Shown piece after piece: positions 32,720 to 46,627 of a DNA stretch of 64,000 nucleotides. The DNA is taken from the NCBI RefSeq assembly GCF_009914755.1, contig NC_060934.1; one strand, 5' to 3'. A program made the translations under genes and the position numbers. Within the stretch, counting starts at the first letter, position 1. Each line of letters starts with the position of its first letter. The notes beneath the pieces were generated by a model that was not told the DNA's origin, made no database searches, and saw only the letters and a list, made by a program, of their open reading frames with translations. Source of the DNA: the human T2T-CHM13v2.0 reference genome, Homo sapiens.

Positions 32720-33330
32720 CTCAACTTACTCATTATATAAGTTAATGTATGAAAAGCACTTAGAACCATGCTTAGCACATCCTAGGTGCTTAATAATGCC
32801 AGGTGTTATTATAATTATTACTATTATTACTAGTGCAACACAGTCAACTAATATTTAGTGAGTGCTCACTGCGTACTAAGCATGCTCTGGGTATTGAAGA
32901 AAAAATAGTAAATAATCACTACATTTGTTTTTGAGTTCACAGTCTAGTAAAAATAACAATAGCAATAAAATATCTAACCTTGCCTAATGACTGTCACTGT
33001 TCTACTTTTTTCTGTTTATTAACTCTTCTATTTTTTAAGATAACTTAATAATTTTATCCCCATTTTGCAGTTGGGGAATCTGAGGAAAAAAGAGATTATA
33101 CATAATGTCCAACGTTACAAAGCTGGTAATTGGCAGGCCAGGATTTAAACCTAGTGATTCTAATTTCCGTGTTTATGGTTTTATATTTTATGCCATGCTG
33201 CCCATGAGAATTAAGTGAATTAATGGAGCTGTGTGCAGAATGGGATGAAGACACTTCATTAAGCAGTGACACTGGAACAAAGTTTGACAGATGATTAGAT
33301 GTTTACCAGGTGCACTATAATGTTAAGGAC
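32720..33330. mobile_element. Cluster of MIR and L2 relics
   Basis: gttaatgtatgaaaagcacttagaaccatgcttagcacat (MIR +); atatttagtgagtgctcactgcgtactaagc (L2 -); tatccccattttgcagttggggaatctgagg (MIR -). Confidence 0.7.
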
Positions 33331-33679
33331 ATGAAAAATAAATTCTTTCCAATTGATGCACCAATTGATTAACTGATTAACGGTGTTAATTTTATAAAGC
33401 ATTGGGCTGGGTAGTCTAAAAGGTCTAAATTAGTGATGACTCTTGGTTTTAAAATGGAGAAATTCAACTCAAACAGTACTTAAGAAAAGGAGAAAAACTT
33501 TTATGAGGTCATATGTGAGTCTCCATCCAGATACCTGCCTGAAATAATTGGTAAAATGCCTCTGTCTGATTTAATTCTAATAAAGTTCTTTTTAAAATAT
33601 TGAGTGTAAAAGAAATGGACACCAATTACTCAAGGCTCATAGTTTATGGGACTATTAACGTCTATAGAAAGAAGACTAA

Positions 33680-34048
33680 CGCAGAGACATTTTCGCCATC
33701 CTATTCTTCCTCCTGGACAAACAGGAAGACTCGTTTATTTAGCCTTATTTTCACATTGTTGAAGTCAAATGATTGACCTCTAGTCAATGAGTGGTAGGAA
33801 GAAATGGTCTAAGTCACAAATAGTCCTGGCTCTTAAAAATATTTATTTCTAAGTCTTCCAATTCTTTCACTCTCAGGTGCAGTGACTTTAGAAGCCATAT
33901 ATTTTATGTGACCAACTTATAAGCAGGAGTGTGACCCAACCCAAACTGGACTTCCCTTGACCTATAAATATGTTTATATGTTTTAAGGTAGTAAAATGCC
34001 AGTGTTTACTTCTGGCTGCAGTGTATCCTATCTAGCCTAGTTAATTCA
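33680..34048 (+). mobile_element. Old MaLR LTR (MLT1I/J-like)
   Basis: ttcttcctcctggacaaacaggaagact...ctctagtcaatgagtggtaggaagaaatg...tgttttaaggtagtaaaatgccagtgttt. Confidence 0.55.
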
Positions 34049-35581
34049 ACCATCTGAGTAATAAGGTCTCAGAGACAACTCTCAATGGACTGACTCATCT
34101 ACGCCAAACTCTGAATGAAATACTATAGCCAAGAATTTGGAATAATCTGATTGAAGAGGCCCAGCTTGGAACTGAATAAAAATAAGCCAGATAGAATATT
34201 GGAGGATTCAGAATGTGAAGGAGCAAAGATAATTAAAAAAATATGTCCACTATATATCATAGCCTTTATTTGTCTTGCAGTAGGTAACACATACTAAACG
34301 TATCTGACTTTCCTAGACCATTGTTAATGTACATCTGCATTCTACCAATAACTGGAAAGACAATCTTTCCGATAATAAACCTGTGGTCTATTTTCATAAC
34401 ATAGATCCATTCATCATTTTAGCTCAATAAGCAAATATTTTCTTTTGCCTGAAATATTTCTTATCACCCACATCATATTTAATGTCTAGGAGTTAATGCT
34501 GCCCAATTCAGGCATTTGATTCAAATACAGAAGGGCTTTACATACATTTCTTATTTTTTGCTAACACTGTCATTGGACTTTGTTTTTATTATTAATACAT
34601 TTGACTCAAGAAAAATTAAATTTCCTTCTTTGAAAATCCCATGACAGTAGAAAGTTAAATTGAAGGGATTATGATTTGTATTGTATTTGAGGAAATCTTA
34701 TCTGCCTTAATCCTAATGTGGGTCCAGTTTTTATTACAGAAAATTCTTTGCATTTAGGAAGTAGGCAGTTAATGTTAGAATTAATATGCACAGAGAAATC
34801 CAGTTCTTCTTTGTACTTGGGTTGTATAGTACAATTGAAGAAATCTTCAAAGGCATGTGATTTTTCTTACTTTAAGTTTCAGACTTCTGGGAAAACTCAA
34901 CTTTCAGAATTAGGCACCATCTGAAAGATTAGCTCCAGCCATAATATAGAATATTCTTCTTTTCTTAAGCTGTTATTTTCTTTATTCTCCAAAACTGTAT
35001 TTGGCCTCATACTAGAAATGGACACTGTAGGCTGTAAAGCATTTTAGAGTAAGAGGCAAAGAAAACAAGAGTTGCACATCTACATCTGAATTCCCAGAGC
35101 AGTAATAGAAGCAATAAGTCAATTTGTAGGAATTCAGGAAAAAAAATCTCAATTGGGATCAAGATGCTCTAAAGAACTTCATTAAATAAAGGGGACTTAA
35201 AATGGCATGAAACATGTGTTCGTCCAAAGGGGACGAAAATAAAAGGTAGTAAGTTACTCTTGTTTGAAGCATTGAAGCATATGCTGGGACACCAGATGTC
35301 AGGACTGCTTGAGAAAACACAGGAATATAGGAAAAGCACAACTAATATATTTGGAGTAATAAAAGAAGGAATGCAAATACCTCAATAATTGCACATTTAT
35401 TATTATTATTATTATTTTTAATACTGGAAAATGTATTCTCAATATTCTCATCCCAAGATTCTCTGTGACTATTACTTAACATGCATTAAATAGTAATAAT
35501 TTATCATAGTAGTAGTCAGCTCTTTACATGAAACAGCACATTTAGTACTCATAATAAGTCTATGAAGTAGGAACTATTACC

Positions 35582-35623
35582 TGTATGTATGTATGTATGT
35601 ATGTATGTATGTATGTATGTATG
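35582..35623 (+). repeat. (TATG)n tetranucleotide microsatellite, about 10 units
   Basis: Direct read. Confidence 0.95.
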
Positions 35624-35739
35624 CATTTAATGTATTCAGAAACTTTTCAAATTAATGGAAACAAAAAATGGCTAAAATAAACACTCATATTCACTAACTG
35701 CTCTTTCTTTCCTTACACATATGTAAACACGCATACCCT

Positions 35740-35743
<4 letters not shown>

Positions 35744-35770
<27 letters not shown>
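35744..35770 (+). repeat. (CA)n microsatellite
   Basis: Direct read. Confidence 0.95.
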
Positions 35771-35774
<4 letters not shown>

Positions 35775-35779
35775 ATTTA

Positions 35780-36200
35780 CCAAACCATTTGAAGGTAGAG
35801 TGCATCCATAGTAACACTCCCAAATGTGCTTCTTAATTCTAAGAACACTGGAGAATCCATTTCCCAATATCAAGGATATTTGCCTAATAAACCACACCAC
35901 CACTGATATACATGAAAACATAAGCATTCATTCAACTAATTTTTAAAATAGCATATCCATTTTTCATCTCCAATTATCTGAAAAAGCGTTCTCATTGTTT
36001 CTTTTTAAATGCAGGCTTCACTAAAAATTCATAAAATTACTTTGGCTGTTACGTCTCATTCATCTTCCCACCCAGTGCAGACTAGACCATATTTCTCATG
36101 ATATTGAATCTTTTGATGACTCTGGGTCAGTCATCCTACTAAATAGCCCATGTTCTTCATTTGATGACAATTTCATAATGATGATATTTAGGTTGCATAT
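35780..36200 (-). mobile_element. L1MC-type 3' UTR relic
   Basis: accatttgaaggtagagtgca; caaggatatttgcctaaataaaccacaccacc; tcatgatattgaatcttttgatgactctgggtcag. Confidence 0.55.
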
Positions 36201-36662
36201 CGTGCATTTTTGGGAAATACAGTAAGCATTCTACGAAAGAAGCTCAAAGCTCAAAAGGCATCTTTTGATGCCTAAAGGAGTGTTTATTTTAATTCTTTCT
36301 TTTGTTTCTAGTGGTTTGAAAACAAATTTTCTATGATTCCCTCACTACTGTTGCCTTTTTCTTTCCTTCCCTTGTCTCTGACACCCCATAACATGCTTAC
36401 TTTATTTATCCTGTACTGTAGAAGTATGCATAGTAACTAATAGGAGTTCTCTGTTTAAGAGCTGGAAATGAGTGCCCAGAAGTTCCAATAACTGGGTTTA
36501 ACATAGCCCAACTCATACAACTAGTATTTTTGGAGTAATAAAAGAAGGAATGCAAGCTACACTGACCAACTTCATTACCTTCTGCAAGGTTGGCTTCTTT
36601 AGAAGAGGGAGCAGAGATGAAAAGGTGAATCACTTCATAGCAGGGCTTAAGATAGTAAAATC

Positions 36663-36963
<301 letters not shown>

Positions 36964-37009
36964 AAGATAGTTAAAATCAATTCCAGCTGATTTAAATTTT
37001 ATTCACTAA

Positions 37010-37920
37010 ACTACAAAACATTCACAGACATGTAAATGAATATTTTTGTAAATACTAACAGGGATTTCTAAAATTACATGCAATTAAATAAGCCAGAAGA
37101 AAATTTTAAAAAATTTAACTGCATAAAACAGTAAAAATCTCATCCATTTCAAAATACATAAACTAAATTAAAAGGCTACTAAAGCTAAGGAGAATCTTTG
37201 CCAAAATATTACAGACAAAATTTAATATTATTCTGTACAGGACTTATATTTCATCAAGATTTATACTAAAACCCTGATAGGAAAGTAGGAATAAAGAATA
37301 ATGAGATTTACAGAAAAAAGTATATGTGACCGAAAAATATATGTCAAAATGTTAAGTTTTGTGTTAAAGACATTAAAATGAATAAATGAAATATTTTATC
37401 TAGCAAATACTCAAGGATTAAAAAAATTGCTTGCAACTGTGCAACAGAATTGGCATTTTCATATACTCATGATGGGAATTTAAATGTTCTTACTGCTCTC
37501 TAAAAATAAATTAAAAATATTTTGTCAATAGGCTTAACAAAATCTATATCATTTAACTTATTATTTCCATTTATTGGAATATGTTCAAAGACTCAAAAAA
37601 TCTACCACAGAATCATAAACAAATATTTTGTGTAACTCAAAATCAAAGCAAGTAATGGCTGAACAAATTCTAGTGTAGCTCCAAGATGGCATCAAATTGC
37701 ACTATTTAGATATTTAAAAGAAAGTATTTATTGAATTTTAAAAGTTCATAACTTATTAAATATAAATAAATATACGATATAAATATAGTGTAATAGTAAT
37801 TATAAATTATGTACATTATTTTATTAAGTAAATATTCTAGGTTTAACTCTAAAAGTACGCTTTTGAAGTTTCATTTTGTTTTTTCTTTGTTGTATCTTCC
37901 AAATTATTGCTAATAATCGT
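37010..37920 (+). mobile_element. Highly degenerate L1ME 3' region
   Basis: cattttcatatactcatgatgggaatttaaatg; atttaacttattatttccatttattggaat. Confidence 0.55.
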
Positions 37921-38261
37921 GTCTGCATTACATGTGAAATTTGTTTTTCAAGGATAAATAAACATAGAAAAATAATTAGGGGCTGCTGTCAAATGATGTT
38001 AGCAGTTGGAGAGTGACTTCTTGCCAAAAGAGGTGTTGACAAACACAAGTAAGGTGACATCATTTGGTCAAGCACTTTGGTTACTGAAAGAGGATCATGT
38101 GCATTAGACCTCTCTTTTCACTTCTCTGCTCTTTAACTGTCTGTTATTTGACTGGGTCTCAACCATATGCATGTGCTCACTTGCAGGTTAGCCTGGTGGG
38201 AAAGTCAGCCTCAGCTGAAGCCTCAACAGGCAGCTTGGATGCTTCTTGACATCTACATTAA

Positions 38262-38687
<426 letters not shown>

Positions 38688-38819
38688 AACACATCTTAAT
38701 ATTATCTTCATTTGCAAAATGCCCAATTTTTGCTCATCTTAAAATTTCACTGTGTTTTGTCAGCTGCAACGATTTGGGAAACTCGGATATACTCTCTAAC
38801 TCTTAATTTCAAAATTGAT

Positions 38820-40800
38820 ACAGAAAATATGCAATCTAAATAGTGTGATACTTATTAAAGAAAATGAGTTTGTATTCAAAAAGCTTCCCACAGTTACATT
38901 TCCGGGCACAGGTAGCTTCACCAGAATTTTGTAGTAAACATTTGAAGAAGAAATAATGTCAATACTGTTTCCCAACCAGAAAATAGAATAAAAGGGAGAA
39001 TTTCTTACACATTTTATAAGGACAGAATAATTGAATAATTCTAATACCAAAACTAGACAAGATCACAAGAAAATAAAAATACAAATTAATATTCATCATG
39101 AATACACATGCAGAATTCTTACCAAAATAGTAACAAATCAAAAGAAACATATACAAATGAAAAAGAAATCACAAGCAAAGTTTATCCCAAGAATGCAAGA
39201 TTGTGTTTACATTTATAATTAAATAAGCATAATTCACATTAATAAAATATAAGCTACATAAAAATATAATCAATAATGTAGAAAAGGCATTTCACAATGT
39301 CAATACATTTATAATAAAGAATCTCTGCAAACTAGAAATTAAAAAATTTCCTCAAACTTATAAGGCAGGAATATAAAAGTTCTTAGAGGTAATAAATATT
39401 TAATGGTAAAATACGGAATTTTTATATGATTGGAGATGAAGCAAGGATGTCTACTTTTATCATATCTTGTTAACATTATGTGAAAGGTTTATCTTTAGCA
39501 AGACAAAAAGCATACAGGTAGGAATAAAACAAGTAAAAATATATTTTTCTGATACAATTACATAATTGAAAAACATTATATTACAACTTAAGTAAATTCA
39601 GTAAAGTCACAGAAAACAAAGTCACCAATCGATATAAATTCATCTCTGTAGACTAGTATTTAGAATTGGAATAGTAAATTGAAATGTATGTTGTCACTTA
39701 GAAAACATGAATATTTAGGAATAATTGTAATAGAAGATATGCAGGAGCTATACACTGGAGAAAAAACATTGCTGAAAAAACAAAGTAGATAGAAATAAGT
39801 TGAGAGATAATTCATGTAAATGCAATGAAGGAGTCTATATTTTTAAGATGTCGGGCTTTTTTCCTCATTTCAAAATTCAACTCAATCTCATTCAAAATCC
39901 TACCAGGTTTTTCATTCGGAAAAAATTGACAAGTTTCCTCTAAAATCTGTATGGAGATGTAAAGGACCTAGAACTACCAAATTAAACCTGAAAAAGACTC
40001 ACAAATTTGGAGGCTTCAAACTATTTGATTTCAAGATTCCTGTAATGTGACAGCAATCAAAATAGGTTTTGGTAGTAATGTAAGAATAAAAACAGATCAA
40101 TGGAACACCATAGGGAGTTCAGGTATAAAACTATGCATGTACTGTGGTTTGATCTACAAAGATGCCAAATGATTTAAAAAGGATAGTATCTTTTAACATA
40201 TGGTACTGGAATAACTGAATATCCATACAGATAAAAATAAATCTCAACCTCTACTTCAAATTAACTACAAAATTAATATGTGATGGATCATAGACATAAC
40301 TATTAACATTTTCAACTTCCAGAAGATAATATATAAAACTAACTTTACAACAATGAAATAGGAAAATATTTATTTAACAGGACACTAAAAGGACTATCAG
40401 AAATTTAAATAAAAATGATAAATGGGATTTCCTCAAAATTAAAACTTCATCTTTTCAAAAGACACTATTAAAAGTGAATAGGCAAAGCTCTAGATAGAAA
40501 GATACACATCGGTCAAAAGCGGCCATTCAGAATGTAGTGTACTCAAACGTATCAACAAAGAAAAACAACTCAGTAAGACAAGAAGGAAATACTTGAATAG
40601 ACATTTCAAAGAAGAATATTTACATATTCCTCTATAAAACTGGTAAATAAGTGCATGAAAATATACTCAGCATCATTAGTCATCAGTGAAATGGAAATCA
40701 AAACCACCATGTATTTTTACTGCACCTCCACTAGATTGGCTAAAGTTAAATGTCTAACATTAAATATTCAAAAAGACATAGAGCATCCAAAAATCTTAGC
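38820..40800 (+). mobile_element. L1M ORF2 relic, about 2 kb
   Basis: gaatacacatgcagaattcttaccaaaatag; tttatcccaagaatgcaagattg; cagatcaatggaacaccatag; catcattagtcatcagtgaaatggaaatcaaaaccac. Confidence 0.85.
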
Positions 40801-42259
40801 TAAATTACCATAAAAGGGGGTCAACAGAAGCATTTTGGGACGTACTTATGGAGTTAGGATTTGAAAAGAAGCTGCAGAATGAGACACAGAAGCAGTGAGG
40901 AAGTAGGAAGGTGGTAAAATGTTCACATAGGGCAAGTCTGAAGAGAGCCAGGTTCACAGAGTTCAATCAACATTCCCGCTGATAAAAGTTTCCAGAGTTT
41001 GTCTTTAGGCACACAGTGTGACCCTCAAGAAATAAATTAACACAGAAGACTGGGGATAAAAGCTAGCATCAAAATAACTGAGAAATCAATGTCAAAGGAA
41101 GAAAGAGGGGAATATAGTTTAGAAAACTCTTTTAAAAAGTATACATTGCAGGAAAATCAGGAAAGCTGAAAGAATCATTTAAGGATATATCCAACTGGAA
41201 AAAAATCTCTACTAGGAGAACAAAGTCAAGTTTGTTCACAGGTGTGTGGAAATAGCTAATAAAAATGGGCTTATGAAGATATAAGAGAAAATGTTGACAA
41301 ATGTGGGAGCCAGGCTTTAGGGAAGTCTGAAGTAAACAAGATGACGAGCACACATAAAAAAGTTTAGCAGGTGGATAAAGACACAGAAGAAGCAGTTTGA
41401 GACACCAAACATGAAGAATCATATTGTTTGAATTCAGTTCCAGAAAAGAAGGAATCAAGGTTATTTTGTGAGAATGAAAGACTCCAAAGTGGAACTGATG
41501 ACTGCAGAAGAGTGGAGGATATTTGTAACATCCATTATAATAAAAGAAAGAAATAAAAGGATGGCTGGACAGCATTGAGAGACCAAAGTAAAATTATATG
41601 AACTCATAAGTAGATATCAAATAATGAAAAATAATTTTATAGCTTCATGTAGCAATGTAGCAGCTTAGTCATGTTTGAAATTATTTGCCCCTTGGAAAAA
41701 AATTTAAAAACTCATATATATATACTTATTCTGCATATATTTATGGATATTTTATATTCATATGTACACATATGTATGTGTTTCCTAGTTCTGTTCAGTA
41801 ACATATATTTATTAATCTATCTATATTGAATTAGTAAATTTATCATGTATTTATAAGAAACATGAGTAAGGAGAAACGAAAAGGACATACAGGCATCAAG
41901 GAGTTTAGGAGACATGGAAGAAAAGTAAATTGACCATCAGAATATTATGTATAAAGTTACAGAAGAGAGATACATTCTGTTATATGGGAAAGTAATACTT
42001 AAGCTTAGAAACTTAATGGATGAGTGAAGTTTAACCAGCTTGGTAAGAAAAATGGGGAAAAAATTTACAGTGGTTGTGAAATGTGCCCAGGCTGAGATGA
42101 CTCAGGAGAATTTCATATAGTATGTCTATACATGGTGTGGGTGGCATGGCTAGATGTGAGATCATGAGGAACAGTAAACGCAGAAAATTTCAAATTTTCT
42201 AATGAAAGTGAAGAATTATTTTAAGCAAGTGAAAAAAAATTGTCCCATTAGTTTTTTTA

Positions 42260-42520
42260 GAAAGAATAGAGTGAAAAAAAGTGGAGGACAGAGGGGGTAT
42301 GATTATTAGCACAAAGTCCTGATTAAAAGATATTACACTAGGAAAAGTGAGAAATAATGAGTGAAGCTAAAGCATTCACTGCAGGGATTAAGGAGGATGG
42401 AATGTTGTAAGCATGAGGGTTAATTAAGAGGCAGAATAAACAAAATGATATTTGACTGGGAAGGGGCAGGACGAGACAGGAGAAAATTAGGATGACATAC
42501 TAGATAGAGAGTAGTTTTGT
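42260..42520 (-). mobile_element. L2 relic
   Basis: gaggcagaataaacaaaatgatatttgactggg...ggagaaaattaggatgac. Confidence 0.5.
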
Positions 42521-42535
42521 GAATACGTATTTCGA

Positions 42536-42886
42536 TGTGTTACGTGAATATTCGTGTCCCCTCAGAATCCTTATGTTACAATTGTAACCCCCAATGTGAT
42601 AATATTAGGGGGTGATGCCTTTGGGAGTCAATTAGGTTATGAGGACAGAGCCCTTGTAAATAGGGTTAGTACCCTTATAAAGAGAGACATGTGAGCTTGT
42701 GTCTGCTCTCTCCATTCTCTATATTGTGAGCAACACCCATCTGCAAAAAGGCCATCTTCAAACCAGAACCACATCTTCAGGCACCTTGATCGTGGACTTC
42801 TCAACCTGCAGAACTGTGAGGAATAAATGTTGTTTAAGCCACTTAGTCTGTGATAATTTTTATAGCAGCCTTGGATGACCAAAATG
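42536..42886 (+). mobile_element. MaLR solo LTR, MLT1A-like
   Basis: gaatattcgtgtcccctcagaatccttatgtt...cccttataaaagagagac...gaactgtgaggaataaatgttgtttaagccac...tatagcagcc. Confidence 0.88.
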
Positions 42887-43229
42887 GAAAAAACAGGAGT
42901 AGGTATTAGAGTGGGACAGAAATATTGGTAGGTTCAGAATGGAAGAATGTGAGATGGTATGAGATTTTAAAACGAAAAAAATAAAATAGAAACATATTGA
43001 CCCTAGGATCCAGTTTGAGGTTTGAAATTGACCCTGGCATCCAGTTTGAGGTCGGTAAAGTCAAACGATTCTAGGTGAACTAATGAGGCTGAAGATGAGA
43101 AGCACATGCAGTGGAAATTGGAAAGTGAGGAAGGTCAATGTCCATAAGGCAGTAATCTATACTTTTTGAAGCAGACAATCTACAAAAATGATTCCAACCA
43201 CATTTGTTGAAAAATTTCGACTAAGATTT

Positions 43230-43875
43230 TTACCTCATTCCCAAACTCTAGATCAAATATTTTCAAATATAATCAAAATATATTTGCCTCGATGTTCAAT
43301 AGAAATCTCCAACTTAATGAGCAATCCAAATTTGGCCTATTAACCAAGATGGTATTCAAAACATGGACAACTTACATAAAACAGTTACTAACATAATAAA
43401 ATACATGCCCAATTTCTCAACTGAATACACATTAATAAACAATTGCTCCAACAGAATTGCTACTTACTGGTTTAATTTTAGTTCTGTTTCACTCCCAAGT
43501 CTCTTTTCAATTCCTTGTGTGATTTGTCTCATTTAGTGGTACATTCACCCATTTTCCCCAGATAGAGGTATAAGGAACCATTATCTATATGTTTTATAGC
43601 CTCTCACAGTATTGAATACCAATTCCTGTTGATTCTGTCTTGAAAAGGTCTCTTTAATTTTACCTTTCTTTTCTACTCTCTTCATCATGTCTTATGTTGA
43701 CTATTGTGTTACTCTACTATAAGGTCTCAACTTCATTCCTTTGCATTGCTGTTCTGTGCCTGAAATGCTTTATTTCCCCTTATCTGCCTGGCAGATAACC
43801 ACTCATAATTCAAGAAAGAAATCAGATGTCAACTCCAATGTGACAGCTTCTTCTAACACCCATGAAAGATTAATC
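43230..43875 (+). mobile_element. L2 relic
   Basis: attcctgttgattctgtcttgaaaa; tgctgttctgtgcctgaaatgc; tcagatgtcaactcc. Confidence 0.55.
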
Positions 43876-43883
43876 GCTTATAG

Positions 43884-44080
43884 CCGGTACTGAGTCGGAG
43901 GTGACTCACACCAGCTCATTAGAGCAAATGTGCATATCTCTTTTAGGTACATAATTCTACATGATTTAGGTACCTTGAAATCCTCTAGGTCAGGATAATT
44001 CACAACTTGGAAATTGGCAAACACTACATATAAGTTGCTCCCCACCCCCAAGATCTGGTTTACTAAGATTCCATTGCTTC
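43884..44080 (+). mobile_element. MER63A-like hAT-Blackjack element
   Basis: gtgcatatctctt...ggtaccttgaaatc...ggaaattggcaaacactaca resembles MER63 consensus blocks. Confidence 0.65.
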
Positions 44081-44089
44081 TAGACCTTC

Positions 44090-44300
44090 TGAGCTCCTAT
44101 TACAGGATTTCGTTTCTGCATTGCAACAACGGATTTCCTTGTCAGTCTTTCTATATTAGATTGTCAGGTGCAAGGAATATCACTTGCTATTTATCAAAAC
44201 CTTAGTTTCTATCACCATGCCTAACACATACTTTCCGTTTAGGAGGAAGGAAGTAAGAAAAGTAAGGAAGCATGGAAGAATGGAAATAGAGAGGGAGTGA
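44090..44300 (+). mobile_element. L2 3' end (continuation across MER63)
   Basis: gtcagtctttctatattagattgtcaggtgcaaggaat...ctatcaccatgcctaacacata. Confidence 0.5.
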
Positions 44301-44849
44301 GACAGAGGGAAGGATGCTGCATATGGGTGATTCTGAGTTTCAGATTGTGATGAAAAAACCTAATTAAATTGTTCCTGGGGTAGAATTGTGAGTTCAATTC
44401 ATCAAGTCAACATGGCTGCTAGGTTCTTAAAAACAATGATAGCTAAGAATGGGAGGGTTGGTGGAGAAGGTGATGGCTATTGAAGAACATAGATCATCCT
44501 TCAATTGGTGAATAGAAACAAAGGTGGGAAAGATTAAGAAACAGAATACTGATATTCAACCCAAGGATGAAAGGACTCAATACTCTCCCTCAAATAACAG
44601 GCAACTTAGTTTTTCAGTTAGACTGAGACAGATGTTTGATCATTTTGCAAATGGAGACAAACATTTCGGCTGACTACTATTTTTCTCAGTTAAGTTCACT
44701 CCATAAACAGCTTGGTTACAAAGCTCTTTGGGAGACAAGCAAGATTCCTTATCTAGACAACATAGAGCAAGAAGGATGAATTCCATCTTTCCTCTCAGGC
44801 AGAGATAAAGGGCACCTGACTTTAAATAACCAGGAGCAGTTGGGGGGCA

Positions 44850-45100
44850 GAGTAAAGCCCTCACGGATAAGGCAGTGCTCTGTTCAGACCACCTGAGTAC
44901 AAGTCGTAGCTCTGCCACTTATCTCTGTGAATTTGAACCTATTACTTATTTCTAGTCTTCTCATTAGAAGAAGTGAGAAATGGGATTAAAACTATTTGAT
45001 TCACTGGGCTGTTTAAAGAGAATTAAATAAATCTATAAGTAGATAATTTAGCATAGTGCCTGGCATATACTAATCACTTAGTGAAATGTTCATGACGCCG
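44850..45100 (+). mobile_element. MIR, near full length
   Basis: cagaccacctgagtacaagtcgtagctctgccacttatctctgtgaatttg...ttagcatagtgcctggcatatact. Confidence 0.75.
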
Positions 45101-46260
45101 ACGATGGTGAAAATGTTAATACAAATATGATTGGCTAAAAAGGACCCAGACCTCTAGCGCTTTTGATCTATAGTTCAAGTCACATGTACTTCTGGAAAGA
45201 CAAATTGCCCTTGAGAAGGCAGGGAGGACCATGCAGGATTCCTGAAGGCATCAGTGAGAACTACAATTCTACCATGTTCGATGAATGCCCAAAATTAATT
45301 CTAGAATTTTGTTTCTTTTAAAATCTTAAGAGTTCAATCTCTGGGTTTATGGCAAAATTTCTAATAAACTTCTGTCCTTGACATAAAACTTCACACTTAA
45401 GAAACAAGAGAATTTTCCATGGAGCAATTATATCCCTTAGTTTCACATCCCTTCCTTGTTCAGAAGGTGTTTGTTACATTAAATTTTAAAAAAAGTCTGA
45501 AAGTGTTCATCACACACTTCATAATGATTACCTGAGTACTTTCAATGTTTAAAATATTTGTCCAAAGGAAGAATTATTATCCTCTCTGAATGATTTCTGG
45601 TGTATATAGAAGAATTAACTATTAATTTCTACAATAAGAACTTTGAGTCAACCCAATTTTCACTGACTTCATACTCAAAAGTCATAAATAAGTCCACCTC
45701 AGAGAAGAGTTTTGTATCCTGAATTCTGATTCTTTTTCTATAGTTGGAGAGATTTGCCTGAAATATTAATACTGAAATCCAAGACTATTTATCCTTTAAT
45801 AGGTGGTGATGGTTGCAAGTCACAATATTAATAATAAAGTCACTTTCACTGACTCTGACTTCCAGTCCTCTAGAAAGTCATTTTCCTGTCCTAGCCAAAC
45901 AAATCTGGGATCCTCAGAGAGGTGAATAGCATGTGCTCACAACAAGCCAGTTTCCTGCTGGATCCGCTGTTACTGCTCAGTGGAATTCCTAAGTACGTAG
46001 AGACCCCTGATGGGTAATCACATGCCCCCCAGGTGCTGCTGTTTCCCCCAGGAACAGTCCTGTCCTCTGTATCTGCCTCAACTGTAGATTGTATCACAAT
46101 GAAAAGGGAAAGATCTCTCTCCTTTTCGGTCACAGTGAGTGGGGCACTCAAGAAATGCTGTTTAAGTCCCAAAGCATTTCACAGATTTCAGTACAATCAT
46201 TCCTTTTGGTTTTTTGTTTTGTTTTGTTTTGTTTTTCATTTGAAAAGCTCTATTCCATAT

Positions 46261-46627
46261 TGATTTGGTTTTGCTCTGTGTCCCCACTCAAATCTCTTCT
46301 CGAATTGTAATCCCCACATGTCAAGGGAGGGACCTGGTGGGATGTGACTGGATCATAGAGGCAGTTTCTGCCACGCTGTTCTCATAATAGGGCCGGAGTT
46401 CTCATGAGAGCCAATGGTTTTAAAAATGCCAGTTTTCCCTGCTCTCTCTCTCTCTCCTGCCATTTTGTAAAGAATGTGCTTGCTTCTCCTTCACCTTCTA
46501 CCATGATTATAGGTTTCCTGAAGCTTCCCCAGCTATGCGGAACTGTGAATCAATTAAACCTCTTTCCGTTATAAATTACCCAGTCTCAGGTAGCATCTTT
46601 ACAGCAGTGTGAAAATTGACTAATACG
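46261..46627 (+). mobile_element. THE1 solo LTR (THE1D-like)
   Basis: tgatttggttttgctctgtgtccccactcaaatctc...gaactgtgaatcaattaaacctctttccgttataaattacccagtctcagg...gactaatac. Confidence 0.92.

Noticed and set aside
41132-41575. 147-aa minus-strand ORF
   Set aside because: Hydrophobic composition typical of the antisense of A-rich degenerate LINE-like DNA; no homology recognised
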